64,000 nucleotides of DNA, taken from an uncultured bacterium. Lineage in GTDB: Bacteria > Patescibacteriota > Dojkabacteria > SC72. The first letter of the stretch is position 1. The number at the start of each line of letters is the position of its first letter. Below the pieces are notes generated by a model, which had not been told where the DNA came from, did not search any database, and saw nothing but the letters and a program-made list of their open reading frames with translations. A program made the position numbers and the translations under genes. The stretch lies in the NCBI GenBank assembly GCA_903906305.1, contig CAIVJR010000007.1:45809-109808 (forward strand), in the 5' to 3' direction. Below, in pieces: positions 18,366-28,076 of the stretch.

Positions 18366-19158
18366 GACAACAATATGGAGATATGCAAGAATATGGTTTT
18401 TGAACCTTAGAGCAAGTATCAAAAAAAGTAATACATACAAAGGAGAGATTGTGGTTCGTTTCCTAAGAACTATCTTTATCTTAGGTATACAGCTTCTTCT
18501 TCTAACTCTAGTTTTTGGAAATAGTGAGATTTACGTAGGTTGGACAAAAGCAGAAGCATATCTAGTAATGGGTATTTGGAATTTATTAAATTATTCAGGT
18601 TGGGCATTTTTTGGAATCAATCTTGAAAGATTAGAAAGCAGAGTATTAAGTGGTGAATTTGACTTCACCCTTCTAAAACCATTATCTTCCGCATGGTTTT
18701 CCTCCTTTTATGATTTCTCAACATATAGTGTTATTTCTTCCTTATCAGGTGTTGCATTGATTGCATACTATTTTGTATTAGAGTGGGGGACATTTACATG
18801 GGAAAGGATATTATTAGGATGTGGTGGTATTATCGTGGCTTTCGTCTTTTGGTATGCTTTCTATTTACTCTTGGCAAGTTTTACATTGGCTAATCCTAGA
18901 AATGGATTCTTGGCACTAGTGAAAGAGATATTGGGATTAGCAAAATATCCAGTAAATATTTATTCTAATTCTATACAGATGATATTTTTTACCATTCTAC
19001 CAATTGCTTTTGTTAGTACTGTTCCCGCTAGTTTAATTATTGGAAGGATGGGGGTATCATTTTTAATAATTGGAGCAGGATTAGCAATTCTTTTTGTTCG
19101 ATTTAGCTATTGGGTATGGAAACAGAATGTTAGGAAATATGTAAGTGCCGGAGGATAG
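18346..19158 (+). CDS. polytopic membrane protein, ABC-2-type permease-like (paralogue of the preceding gene)
   Basis: The topology and length match the preceding ORF, and its start overlaps it. Confidence 0.4.
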   Translation: MQQKGYRTTIWRYARIWFLNLRASIKKSNTYKGEIVVRFLRTIFILGIQLLLLTLVFGNSEIYVGWTKAEAYLVMGIWNLLNYSGWAFFGINLERLESRVLSGEFDFTLLKPLSSAWFSSFYDFSTYSVISSLSGVALIAYYFVLEWGTFTWERILLGCGGIIVAFVFWYAFYLLLASFTLANPRNGFLALVKEILGLAKYPVNIYSNSIQMIFFTILPIAFVSTVPASLIIGRMGVSFLIIGAGLAILFVRFSYWVWKQNVRKYVSAGG

Positions 19159-20199
19159 CTATTTAACTATCTTATGTACTGCATCTAATACTTTTTCTAA
19201 TGCTTCTTTTCCAGTTTGCGCATCAATGCGTGCTGCACTTGCATATGGATGTCCTCCTCCATTTAGTGATTGGGCTATTTTCCCAACCTCTTGATATCCT
19301 TTAGTGCTTCTAAATGAAACATACCATGAATTTTCATGACTAAAGTCTAGCCTTATAATGAATCCCCAATGTACTCCTTGTATATATCGGATATATCTAT
19401 CCCTTAAAAAGTTCTGCGCTTCATTAATTCCTTGCTTTGTTAAACCATCTTTTACAATTGTATCTTCGGATATATACATATATGCCATGTCGTCCACTAT
19501 TGTTAAAGATTTGAGATATGAAATAATAGCAGGGGTAGATTCTTTAGGAAATTTCCCCATCTTGTAGGCCATTTCTTCAAGCTCAACATCCATAACTTCT
19601 TTAGCATCAGCATATATTCTTAATGTATCGGGTGTGGTTGCATCATACATAAATCTTCCAGTATCAGCTACAATTCCATACTGTGTTAACTGAGCAATAG
19701 CTGGAGTTGGTTTAAAATTCTTTCCATAAATATCCTTAAAAGTTGCATATACCTGCTCAGCTGCAGAGCTTCTAAATTCATTTACAAGCAACCTATCTGG
19801 GTCTGGGACTGACTCTTTATGATGGTCTATGAATATCACGGGTACAGTAGTATCCATTAGTGTGTCTCTAGCAAAATCTAAACAAAGGGAAAGATTACTA
19901 GCATCAGTTACTATAATTAAATCTTCATCTCCACTTTTCAACTGTTCTACAACAGTAATTTCTGTCATACATGGGATATTAATGGTCGGAGTTTGCTTCG
20001 ATTTCATAATGACATGCTTCTGGGGATATCCCAATTCTATGAATTTCTTTACCATAATCATACTGCAGAAAGCATCCATATCTGGACCTCTGTGTGTTAG
20101 GACTAAAATATTCTTTGACTTTTCAATCAATTGTTTAAATTCTTTGTTGTACTGTAACATAATCTTGATAATACCAAGTTTGGAGAATATAATAAACAA
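19159..20199 (-). CDS. DHH/DHHA1 phosphoesterase (NrnA-like nanoRNase/pAp phosphatase)
   Basis: The DHH motifs (LTHRGPDMDAFCS, IIVTDASN, IFIDHH) and the DHHA1 motif GGGHPYASAARI are all present. Confidence 0.75.
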   Translation of the reverse strand: MFIIFSKLGIIKIMLQYNKEFKQLIEKSKNILVLTHRGPDMDAFCSMIMVKKFIELGYPQKHVIMKSKQTPTINIPCMTEITVVEQLKSGDEDLIIVTDASNLSLCLDFARDTLMDTTVPVIFIDHHKESVPDPDRLLVNEFRSSAAEQVYATFKDIYGKNFKPTPAIAQLTQYGIVADTGRFMYDATTPDTLRIYADAKEVMDVELEEMAYKMGKFPKESTPAIISYLKSLTIVDDMAYMYISEDTIVKDGLTKQGINEAQNFLRDRYIRYIQGVHWGFIIRLDFSHENSWYVSFRSTKGYQEVGKIAQSLNGGGHPYASAARIDAQTGKEALEKVLDAVHKIVK

Positions 20200-20254
20200 A
20201 GTCTTAAGGGAGATATTTCATAAATTCTTTGAATTAAATTAAGAAAACAGTTAG

Positions 20255-21523
20255 ATGATAGATATTAAAAAAATAGTAGAAGAGACAGAAATAGTAAAAC
20301 AAGGATTACTTAAGAGAATGGATGAAGACAAATTAGATCTTAATGGAATAATCGCCTTGTATGAGAAGCGAAAACAGATACAAACTCAATATGATACAAA
20401 AAGAGGTGAGCAGAATGGATTCAATGAACAGATGTCAAAAGTAGAGAAGGGAAGTGATGAATTCAAGAAACTCATAACAGATCTCAAGGCTAAAGCAGAG
20501 GAAGTTAAAGCATTGGAAGTTGAATTAAAGAATGCAGAAGCAGAATTAAAGGCGAAGATGGAAGTCTTGCCAAATATTCCTGAAGAGGATGTGGTAGCTG
20601 GAGGAAAAGAAAACAACGAGGTTATTAAAATGGTTGGAGAAAAACCAACATTTGATTTCCCAATTAAAGATCATGTTGAATTAGGTAAAGACCTTGGAAT
20701 GTTTGATTTCGAAACCGCATCCAAGGTATCTGGAACCAACTTCTCTATGTACCGAGCAATGGGTGCTAGATTGGAATGGGCTTTGATTAACTTCTTCATA
20801 TCTGAGCATAACAAGTCTGGATATGAGATGGTTATACCTCCTAATCTTGTTGTTGAACAATCTGCATATGCAGCAGGTCAATTACCAAAGTTCAAAGATG
20901 ATGTATATTGGGTACAAGATGGATTATGTTTAGTTCCAACTGCAGAAACAGTTTTGACAAATATCTACAGAGATGATCTTTTGGAAGAAAAAGATTTACC
21001 TAAGAAATTCTTTGCATACACCCCATGTTACAGAAGAGAAGCAGGTACATACCGAGCATCTGAAAAGGGATTAATTAGAGTACACCAATTTAACAAAGTA
21101 GAGATGTATCAATTTGTAGCAGAGGACAAATCAAAAGAAGCATTTGAGGAATTAGTAGCAAAAGCGGAGGACTTAGTTAAGAAATTAGGACTTCATTACA
21201 GAGTAGTTAAACTTGCAGCAGGAGACTGTTCCGCAGGAGCTGCTAGAACATATGATATTGAGGTGTATATGCCAGCTATGGATACCTACTACGAAGTAAG
21301 TTCTGTATCTAATGTTACTGACTATCAAGCTAGAAGAGGAAATATGAAATACAAACCAGCAGATGGTGGTAAACCAAAGTACATGCATACCTTAAATGGA
21401 TCTGGATTAGCTACAAGTAGATTGATGGTAGCATTAGTAGAAGCATACCAACAGAAAGATGGAAGCATTATTGTTCCTGAAGTACTTAGACCATTCATGG
21501 GTGTAGATAAAATAGAGATATAA
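20255..21523 (+). CDS. serS: serine--tRNA ligase
   Basis: An N-terminal coiled-coil arm is followed by the class II core (TPCYRREAG, GLIRVHQFNKVEMY). Confidence 0.9.
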   Translation: MIDIKKIVEETEIVKQGLLKRMDEDKLDLNGIIALYEKRKQIQTQYDTKRGEQNGFNEQMSKVEKGSDEFKKLITDLKAKAEEVKALEVELKNAEAELKAKMEVLPNIPEEDVVAGGKENNEVIKMVGEKPTFDFPIKDHVELGKDLGMFDFETASKVSGTNFSMYRAMGARLEWALINFFISEHNKSGYEMVIPPNLVVEQSAYAAGQLPKFKDDVYWVQDGLCLVPTAETVLTNIYRDDLLEEKDLPKKFFAYTPCYRREAGTYRASEKGLIRVHQFNKVEMYQFVAEDKSKEAFEELVAKAEDLVKKLGLHYRVVKLAAGDCSAGAARTYDIEVYMPAMDTYYEVSSVSNVTDYQARRGNMKYKPADGGKPKYMHTLNGSGLATSRLMVALVEAYQQKDGSIIVPEVLRPFMGVDKIEI

Positions 21524-21527
21524 TCGT

Positions 21528-22091
21528 ATGAATTTTTTCTTAGGCTTTTGTCCTGATGAAAAGGCTAATCACAAAATACGAAAGATAATAGGTGAGGTGG
21601 GGAAAGTATTTGATGGACTACAAATTCCTGTTAGATGGAGTGATCCAGCTTCTTACCACTTGTATATTCTCACCTTAGGGCATAGTCTTTCCTTCTTAAG
21701 ATTGTTTTGGCTTAAATACAAACTTAAAGGTTTTACAGTTAAGCCCTTTAAGGTAGTTTTCAATACTGTACATATAGGTATATCAAGGAAATACAAAGAA
21801 TTAATATATCTTGATCTTAAAGAGGGTGGGGAAGAGATGCGTGATATTTTATTTGAGCTTAGAAAACGCTTAACTATTAATGATCAGGGTAAGTTTATAC
21901 CTCATCTTGTATTGGGTAGGGTAAGTGAGGACTTGAGTAGCCAAGAATATACCAATATCTCTAAAGATCTATATCGAGTTGCCAAAGATTTGGATATTCA
22001 ACAGATTGAATTTGAAGTTACAGGATTGAAATTGATTAAGAATACTTCAACAGGTTTTCAGATTCTTTTAGAATTGAGTCAAAATCATTAG
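21528..22091 (+). CDS. hypothetical protein (weak resemblance to 2H phosphoesterase/LigT)
   Basis: Two H-x-hydrophobic segments (YHLYILTLG, PHLVLGRV) loosely recall the paired HxT/S motifs of LigT. The 3' end overlaps miaA by 56 bp. Confidence 0.35.
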   Translation: MNFFLGFCPDEKANHKIRKIIGEVGKVFDGLQIPVRWSDPASYHLYILTLGHSLSFLRLFWLKYKLKGFTVKPFKVVFNTVHIGISRKYKELIYLDLKEGGEEMRDILFELRKRLTINDQGKFIPHLVLGRVSEDLSSQEYTNISKDLYRVAKDLDIQQIEFEVTGLKLIKNTSTGFQILLELSQNH

Positions 22092-22917
22092 TCCATATTG
22101 CATCGGGATTTCTTCTAAACCATGTCCTTTGCCTTTTAATATAGTGCATAGTGTTGGCTATGATTTCATCTTTTACTTCCCCTATCGTTTTTTCATTTTC
22201 AAAATACCCATCAAATTCTCTGTATCCAATTGAGTTACATGCAGGATATTTATTTAATCCTTCTTTTCTTAGTATTTTGTTTTCTTCAATCAAACCATTT
22301 TCAATCATTTGATCTACACGTTTCTCAACTTTTTCTTTCAATATACCAGTAGGGAGATCAAGGACAAAATATTTACATGGAAAAGTAGGGGTAGTTGATT
22401 TCTTTTCTGGGAGGAAATTACCTCGTTCAATAATCCTTTGTAATCGTCTTGGGTTATTCTTGTCACTGTTGTTGAGTTGAGACAATACATCTTCTGGTAT
22501 CTGTTGTTGTAATTGTTGGACGGAGAAATTTTCGAAAGCCCCCCTACTCTGATTCTGTATTTTTTCAGACTCGACTAGATTGTAATTGTAAATGATTGAA
22601 TCAATATACAAACCAGTACCACCTACTAGTATGGGAGTTTGAGCTTCTGGGATGGTCTTAAGAAGTTCAAATACGTCTTGTTGGTATTCATAGATATTGT
22701 AGGAATCTTTTACGGAGACAGTACCATACAGAAAGTGTGGTACTTGTGCTAGCTGTTCTTCAGATGGTCTTGCTGTCCCAATATTCATCTCTTTGTAAAC
22801 CTGTCTAGAATCGGCATTTATGATGACTCCATTAATAGATTTGGCTAATCTAATAGCTATATCCGACTTACCAGTTCCGGTAGGTCCTGCAATTACAATG
22901 AGAGGTCTGAAGTTCAT
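22036..22917 (-). CDS. miaA: tRNA dimethylallyltransferase
   Basis: The P-loop IVIAGPTGTGKS is followed by SRQVYKEMNIGTA. Confidence 0.85.
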   Translation of the reverse strand: MNFRPLIVIAGPTGTGKSDIAIRLAKSINGVIINADSRQVYKEMNIGTARPSEEQLAQVPHFLYGTVSVKDSYNIYEYQQDVFELLKTIPEAQTPILVGGTGLYIDSIIYNYNLVESEKIQNQSRGAFENFSVQQLQQQIPEDVLSQLNNSDKNNPRRLQRIIERGNFLPEKKSTTPTFPCKYFVLDLPTGILKEKVEKRVDQMIENGLIEENKILRKEGLNKYPACNSIGYREFDGYFENEKTIGEVKDEIIANTMHYIKRQRTWFRRNPDAIWTNDFDSILKESENLLKYS

Positions 22918-22918
22918 A

Positions 22919-23428
22919 CTATTTTAAAAGCTTGAATACCAAAAAATAGTGAAGCCATATGGTAGCAAGTGAAAGGCCTAAGGAGAGCAATATTGGAAGT
23001 AATATTGAAGGTGTGAGTACTGCAAAAGCAGTAAAGAGAAGTATGCAAGAGATTGTTAATCTAAATGCATCATTAAATGCTTCGGCTTTAACCTTGGTCA
23101 TATCAAAATCTCTTTGTTTGTGGTTTTGCATATAGAAACCAGTCATGGTACCGATACAAAGAATGACAATGAAGAAAACAATGAAAGGAATGAGTTTAAA
23201 GGTATATGTAATATCTACTTTAAATACTAAGTTGGTTACAACTAACGTGATGAGTGTTAATACCCCAGCAATTGCTAATGAGTCAAAAGAGATATGGGCT
23301 AATTTCGCTTGTTTAGTAAATATCCATACAAAACCAGGTACGACGAGTAAGATTATGAATATTAGGATCAAGGTATTTACCTTCTCTAATATAGTCCAGT
23401 TGTTAAAAAGATTTATTATTATATCCAT
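22919..23428 (-). CDS. small polytopic membrane protein
   Basis: It has 4-5 TM helices and is tightly packed in an operon with the two upstream genes. Confidence 0.45.
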   Translation of the reverse strand: MDIIINLFNNWTILEKVNTLILIFIILLVVPGFVWIFTKQAKLAHISFDSLAIAGVLTLITLVVTNLVFKVDITYTFKLIPFIVFFIVILCIGTMTGFYMQNHKQRDFDMTKVKAEAFNDAFRLTISCILLFTAFAVLTPSILLPILLSLGLSLATIWLHYFLVFKLLK

Positions 23429-23430
23429 AG

Positions 23431-24639
23431 TTATATTTTCTTCACTTTATTAATATACCAAGCTGAAATAACCAAACAAAGTTTTGCTAATGCAGTGATA
23501 ATCAACATATCTTGTGCAATTATACTTACAAATCCATTCCCCAAGAATATTGTACTTGCAAGTACGATGAGCAAGAATAATTCTATGTAGAATACAGAAT
23601 CTTTTCCTTCTGCAATTATCCTAGTTACAGCTATTGCCAATATCGCTTCAATTGAGAGCAAGAATGGATCTACAGGGATTTGGAATATCTTTAAGGATGC
23701 TAGATATATTGAAATGGTAAGTGTAGTGGCTAAGAGAGATTTCAAAAGCACGTCAGGAGACGTTGTTTTTGAAATGAAAAGGTAAAGGTACAAGACAACC
23801 AACGCAACAAGAATTCCAAGGGTTATTTGTATGTAGTTTACGGTTGGAACGTTTACGGTCAAATCAGTCTGTGAATCTATTTTGAAATTTGTGCCTACTA
23901 CTCCCGAGTTGTACAAGAGACTCATTACCTTGAGTTGTTGTGCATCTTCCGTTGAAATCGGGATTGCAAATACCTTGCTTGTAGCATCAACTACATGTGG
24001 AGTTACAAATCCATCAATATCTACACCAATGGATTGGCCGTTGTATTGTAAGAGGAATTTATTAAACTTTACTTCTCCTGCTGGCCAGAGTTTGAATATC
24101 GCGAAATTCGCATATGTACCACTACTTGTTCTTAATTTGGTTATATATACATTTCTAAAATCACTTCTATCCCATTCGGTATTATCATAGTTTGTACCGA
24201 GCATATATGCATATGTGTTTTCAGAATCATCAAAATTTACATCACTCTTTCTGGTTACAACCTTAACATCAAATTTATTTGAGATTAACTCCTTAACCAA
24301 ATCCTTGTCTTTACTTGTTGTTACATTAATTCTAATTTTGTCATTATCTATATATGTTGATACTTCTTCAACTCCAAAACCTTTCAATCTTTTGTAGAAG
24401 ATATTTCTTAAATCATTAAGAGCTTTTGTCTCTGTATTTTCAGTAGAGACTATGAACTCTTGAGACCAATATGTATTGTCTTTGAGATTAAGATTGTAGT
24501 TGGTTTTGGAAACGTATTTCTCAGTAAGTGGAAGTGCGATGAATATGGAAGCAAGAAAAAGTGCTGTAACAACAATTATTAATATGTAGTTTAGTAGAGG
24601 CTTAACGTTAAAGTTAAACTTCAGTTTTAGTAACTTCAT
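23431..24639 (-). CDS. membrane protein with a large extracytoplasmic domain and a C-terminal helix bundle
   Basis: An N-terminal TM helix is followed by a roughly 230-aa soluble domain and about 5 C-terminal TM helices. The topology resembles SecF, but no motif supports that. Confidence 0.45.
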   Translation of the reverse strand: MKLLKLKFNFNVKPLLNYILIIVVTALFLASIFIALPLTEKYVSKTNYNLNLKDNTYWSQEFIVSTENTETKALNDLRNIFYKRLKGFGVEEVSTYIDNDKIRINVTTSKDKDLVKELISNKFDVKVVTRKSDVNFDDSENTYAYMLGTNYDNTEWDRSDFRNVYITKLRTSSGTYANFAIFKLWPAGEVKFNKFLLQYNGQSIGVDIDGFVTPHVVDATSKVFAIPISTEDAQQLKVMSLLYNSGVVGTNFKIDSQTDLTVNVPTVNYIQITLGILVALVVLYLYLFISKTTSPDVLLKSLLATTLTISIYLASLKIFQIPVDPFLLSIEAILAIAVTRIIAEGKDSVFYIELFLLIVLASTIFLGNGFVSIIAQDMLIITALAKLCLVISAWYINKVKKI

Positions 24640-24642
24640 TCC

Positions 24643-25215
24643 TTAAAGTAGGTCAGATATCTGTCCGAATATGACCATCTTATCCTTTTCTAAGATGTTC
24701 ATCAAGAATGGTTCTTTCTTTTTTCTAGCAAAGTCAAAATCTTCTTTAGTTATCGCACTAAATCGGATATCTCTTTTTTGCTCTTTTTCTAATTCACTCA
24801 TTGCTGTTGAGAGATCTCTAACTTTCATTGTACCAATGAAAAGAAAGTCTACATCAGTAGGATTCTCGTATTTGTTTTTAATGAAGCTCTCCGTTAATAC
24901 TAATAGCTGTATTCCTTCAATCTCTTCCGCAACTCTTAAAATTGCTTTTCCGATATTTGATTCTTTGTAGAACATAGATCGAAGCTCTGGAAGGATTGGA
25001 TACTTTCTGTTTAATTTGTACACCAATTTGTTTCCATCTTTCTTAGAAGTCAAAAGTCCTGCATCCAAGAGATTTAGTAATTCTCTTCTTACTGCATTTA
25101 TCTCCTCGTCTAAGATTCTAACTAACCCTCGAACGTGGAATGATGCATTCAAATCAAGCATATACTGCTCGAGAATTCTCACCCTCACTTTTGAGATAAA
25201 AAAGTTTTTTAGCAT
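24643..25215 (-). CDS. hypothetical protein with N-terminal winged-helix-like region
   Basis: The N-terminal 70 aa resemble a wHTH (VRVRILEQ..., LLDAGLL). It is the first gene of a three-gene minus-strand operon. Confidence 0.35.
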   Translation of the reverse strand: MLKNFFISKVRVRILEQYMLDLNASFHVRGLVRILDEEINAVRRELLNLLDAGLLTSKKDGNKLVYKLNRKYPILPELRSMFYKESNIGKAILRVAEEIEGIQLLVLTESFIKNKYENPTDVDFLFIGTMKVRDLSTAMSELEKEQKRDIRFSAITKEDFDFARKKKEPFLMNILEKDKMVIFGQISDLL

Positions 25216-25236
25216 AGTTCCCCAACCTGCTTAATA

Positions 25237-26520
25237 TTATTGCTCAATTATAGCAAATTTCCCGTCAGATGTACCAATCATCTCGACCCATATTCTTCCT
25301 CTATTAAATTCTATCTCTTTTCCCTCGCTATCATAGTATGTAGTTCTGTCCGTCCTTGAGGTCTTTTTCCATGTACCATATGTGATTTTACCATCCATAA
25401 GATAGGTGGATTTACCTTGGCCGATAGTGGTGATAATCAGGTGGCCTTTGTCATCTCCTGACTGAATCATGGATACTTCCTGTACTACAATATTCTTGGC
25501 ATATACCTGTGTGTTGGTCTCTTGATCAATATCTGCTTGTCCTCCAACCTTTCTTAAGTATGTATTAGTTGCTTGATCATATGTCCAAACTACATTGTAC
25601 AATCCACTGTTAATCAATCTCTCATGGAATATCAACTGTACTTGAGTCTTCTCTCCTCTTTTAGATATCTCTGCATCTGTTTTAAATTTCCAGCTTTCAA
25701 AGTTTTTAGGGAAGGTATCCCAATCCATCTTAGCAGCATATTCCCATGCGTATGTAAGCGAATTGTATTCATTGTGTGGAGCTACTCTTCTTCCGTCATT
25801 CCATCTCCATGCTCCAATCGTTGCAATATCTTTTATGCCGTAGCTATATACATTCCCGCATGCATTGGTTCGGGGATCATCTGAAGAAGCACATCCATCA
25901 CGTATGAGTAATGGGTCATATTCGCTTGCCCATTCCAAATAGTATTGGCGAAGACTTCTAACAGGGCCAACTTTCTCTGGAACTGTACTCCAATATATTG
26001 GCATTAACCTTGTAATTCCAGCCTCAGCATTAGCTTCAATTACCACGTCTGCACTATTTAAACCTGAAAGAGGACGTGCTTCTGAATGGTTGTTGGTCAT
26101 TACGGCAACAGGTCTTCTGGTTTTCATGATATCCATCTCTGACTTGGTAAATAGCATTCCATTTAATGGACTTACTTCCGTTTTTGGTTCTTGAGGTGTA
26201 GAGAGAAGTGAAAGTCCTCCCTTGAAAAGTGCGGATAGTGGATTGGAAGCAATGAAATCTTGATTAAACGAAAGTACGTTGTTTAATGGCTGGGGTTTAA
26301 CTCTGTATATTCCAAAGTAGTAAAAGCCTCCAATACCTACTAAACAAAGGAATGCCACAATTGGAAATATGAAATTTTTAAATTTGAGTTTCTTTTTCAT
26401 ATCGGAGAGTTTTACCTCTACTATTGGGGATTCGGGTGTGGTCTCAATTGGTGTTGGGGTTATATTGGTTTCTACAATTTCAGATTTTCCTGTATCAGAA
26501 ATATTGAACTCTTTAGTCAT
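25237..26520 (-). CDS. membrane-anchored protein, DUF3048 (YerB)-like
   Basis: An N-terminal TM helix is followed by RPVAVMTNNHSEARPLSGLNSADVVIEANAEAGITRL, which I recall as DUF3048-like. Confidence 0.4.
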   Translation of the reverse strand: MTKEFNISDTGKSEIVETNITPTPIETTPESPIVEVKLSDMKKKLKFKNFIFPIVAFLCLVGIGGFYYFGIYRVKPQPLNNVLSFNQDFIASNPLSALFKGGLSLLSTPQEPKTEVSPLNGMLFTKSEMDIMKTRRPVAVMTNNHSEARPLSGLNSADVVIEANAEAGITRLMPIYWSTVPEKVGPVRSLRQYYLEWASEYDPLLIRDGCASSDDPRTNACGNVYSYGIKDIATIGAWRWNDGRRVAPHNEYNSLTYAWEYAAKMDWDTFPKNFESWKFKTDAEISKRGEKTQVQLIFHERLINSGLYNVVWTYDQATNTYLRKVGGQADIDQETNTQVYAKNIVVQEVSMIQSGDDKGHLIITTIGQGKSTYLMDGKITYGTWKKTSRTDRTTYYDSEGKEIEFNRGRIWVEMIGTSDGKFAIIEQ

Positions 26521-26627
26521 GGCAGTTTTACTTAATATATATCCAATATACTAGCATATCGTTTTGTACATTTAAATCTATGGAAATATTGTGGTAGTAT
26601 ATATAAATAATATTTTAGGACAAAACT

Positions 26628-27653
26628 ATGATAAAGAAAATCATATGGTTCCTTGTATTACCCCTAATCATTGGAGTAAGCATTTACTTCATATTCTTCA
26701 ACAAGAAAGCTGCGACAAACAATACAGATAAAGGGAGTGATACTAATCAAACTCAAACGGATGATACAGATACAACCGATGAGGATGAAGATACCGATAC
26801 AGATACTACAAATAGTAATGAAGAAACAACAACGCCTCTAACGGGTTTCTCAACTGAGAGTCAAACTGAGGGTGTAGCTTCGCAATCCAAATTCACAATC
26901 GAGGATGTAACTAACACTGCTCGAACAGGATATCACGAATTTGTATTCTCACTTTCTTCTACAGGTACAGATGATCCATATGTGATTGCTACATACATGA
27001 GTGATCTTGGAGTTATACGGATTGATTTAAATCAGATTGAGAAGGATAACAGTGATATCGGATATCAAAAAGCTGTAGCAATTAACAAGGAGGGTATTTC
27101 TCAGTTGTACCATAATGTATCTTCTGACCAAACGGAGGAGATATATGATATTGGTGTAAGTAAGAGTACTGCTTTCAAGATTACTACTGCTAAGATGTCT
27201 GATGGATGGGATATCATAGTTGGTGTTCAATATCCTGGAGTAGTCTCTACTGAAAATTTAGATTTAGGTAGTAAAGAATTTGGTAAAACAGCTCAAGCCA
27301 TTATGGGCGTTGATGCTACTAAGGCTTCTACTCTATCCTCATATACATATGGTTCTACTTCTGGAGTATTCAAATTTGTATGGAATGTGAGTAGCTCTGA
27401 TACTAATCCAATTCCTTCTGTAAGTGCAGCATACAATGCAGAACATCATCTAGTTGTTACTTTTGGTAGTGTAAAAACAGACAAGGTATATCTTGCAGTT
27501 GATGGTATCGCATTACCTGGAAACTTGGCTATGCAAACAGAGAGAGCTGCTGAGAAGAGTATATATACCTTCTATGGTTTAACTGAAGATGTTAATTACA
27601 AATTGAGTGCAGGTTTAAGCCCCAACCAAGTAATAGTTGAGATACAGTTGTAA
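26628..27653 (+). CDS. secreted or anchored protein with D/T-rich low-complexity linker
   Basis: It has a signal-anchor and a DTDTTDEDEDTDTDTT linker. Confidence 0.5.
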   Translation: MIKKIIWFLVLPLIIGVSIYFIFFNKKAATNNTDKGSDTNQTQTDDTDTTDEDEDTDTDTTNSNEETTTPLTGFSTESQTEGVASQSKFTIEDVTNTARTGYHEFVFSLSSTGTDDPYVIATYMSDLGVIRIDLNQIEKDNSDIGYQKAVAINKEGISQLYHNVSSDQTEEIYDIGVSKSTAFKITTAKMSDGWDIIVGVQYPGVVSTENLDLGSKEFGKTAQAIMGVDATKASTLSSYTYGSTSGVFKFVWNVSSSDTNPIPSVSAAYNAEHHLVVTFGSVKTDKVYLAVDGIALPGNLAMQTERAAEKSIYTFYGLTEDVNYKLSAGLSPNQVIVEIQL

Positions 27654-28058
27654 ATGATTAAGAGTATAGTTTTTGATTTTAATGGAGTAATCTTTGACTC
27701 CAGTACGCATCATATAAATGAGGATGTGATTGAGTTGCTTAAAGACTTGTCTGAATCTGATTTCAGGTTACATCTTTTTTCCAATACATCTAAACAGGCT
27801 ATAAATATTCTTAATGCTAAGTATGATTTCTTAAAATATTTTAAGAATGTAATTCTTGTTGAAGATACAAGACTATCTAAACCCTCTGATGCCTCATTTG
27901 AAAATCTTCTTAAAGTAACAGGTGAGGTTGGAGAAGAGATGGCATATATAGATGATGGAAAGGATAATCTTAGGCAAGCTAAGAGATATGGAATGGTAGC
28001 TATTCCTTTTGTAGATGCAGATAGGCTAAGGATTAGCTTAGCTTCTTTAGATATTTAA
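27654..28058 (+). CDS. small HAD-superfamily hydrolase-like protein (motif I DxN variant)
   Basis: Motif I is FDFNGVI (Asn in place of the second Asp). Motif II is LFSNTS, motif III is K in LSKPS, and motif IV is DDGKDN. Confidence 0.5.
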   Translation: MIKSIVFDFNGVIFDSSTHHINEDVIELLKDLSESDFRLHLFSNTSKQAINILNAKYDFLKYFKNVILVEDTRLSKPSDASFENLLKVTGEVGEEMAYIDDGKDNLRQAKRYGMVAIPFVDADRLRISLASLDI

Positions 28059-28076
28059 ATTTTAAGATATATAAAT

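Noticed and set aside
26740-26830. Short periodic GATAC/GATGA repeats, checked as CRISPR or tandem-repeat candidate
   Set aside because: They are in frame within a coding region encoding a D/T-rich linker. There is no spacer-repeat architecture.
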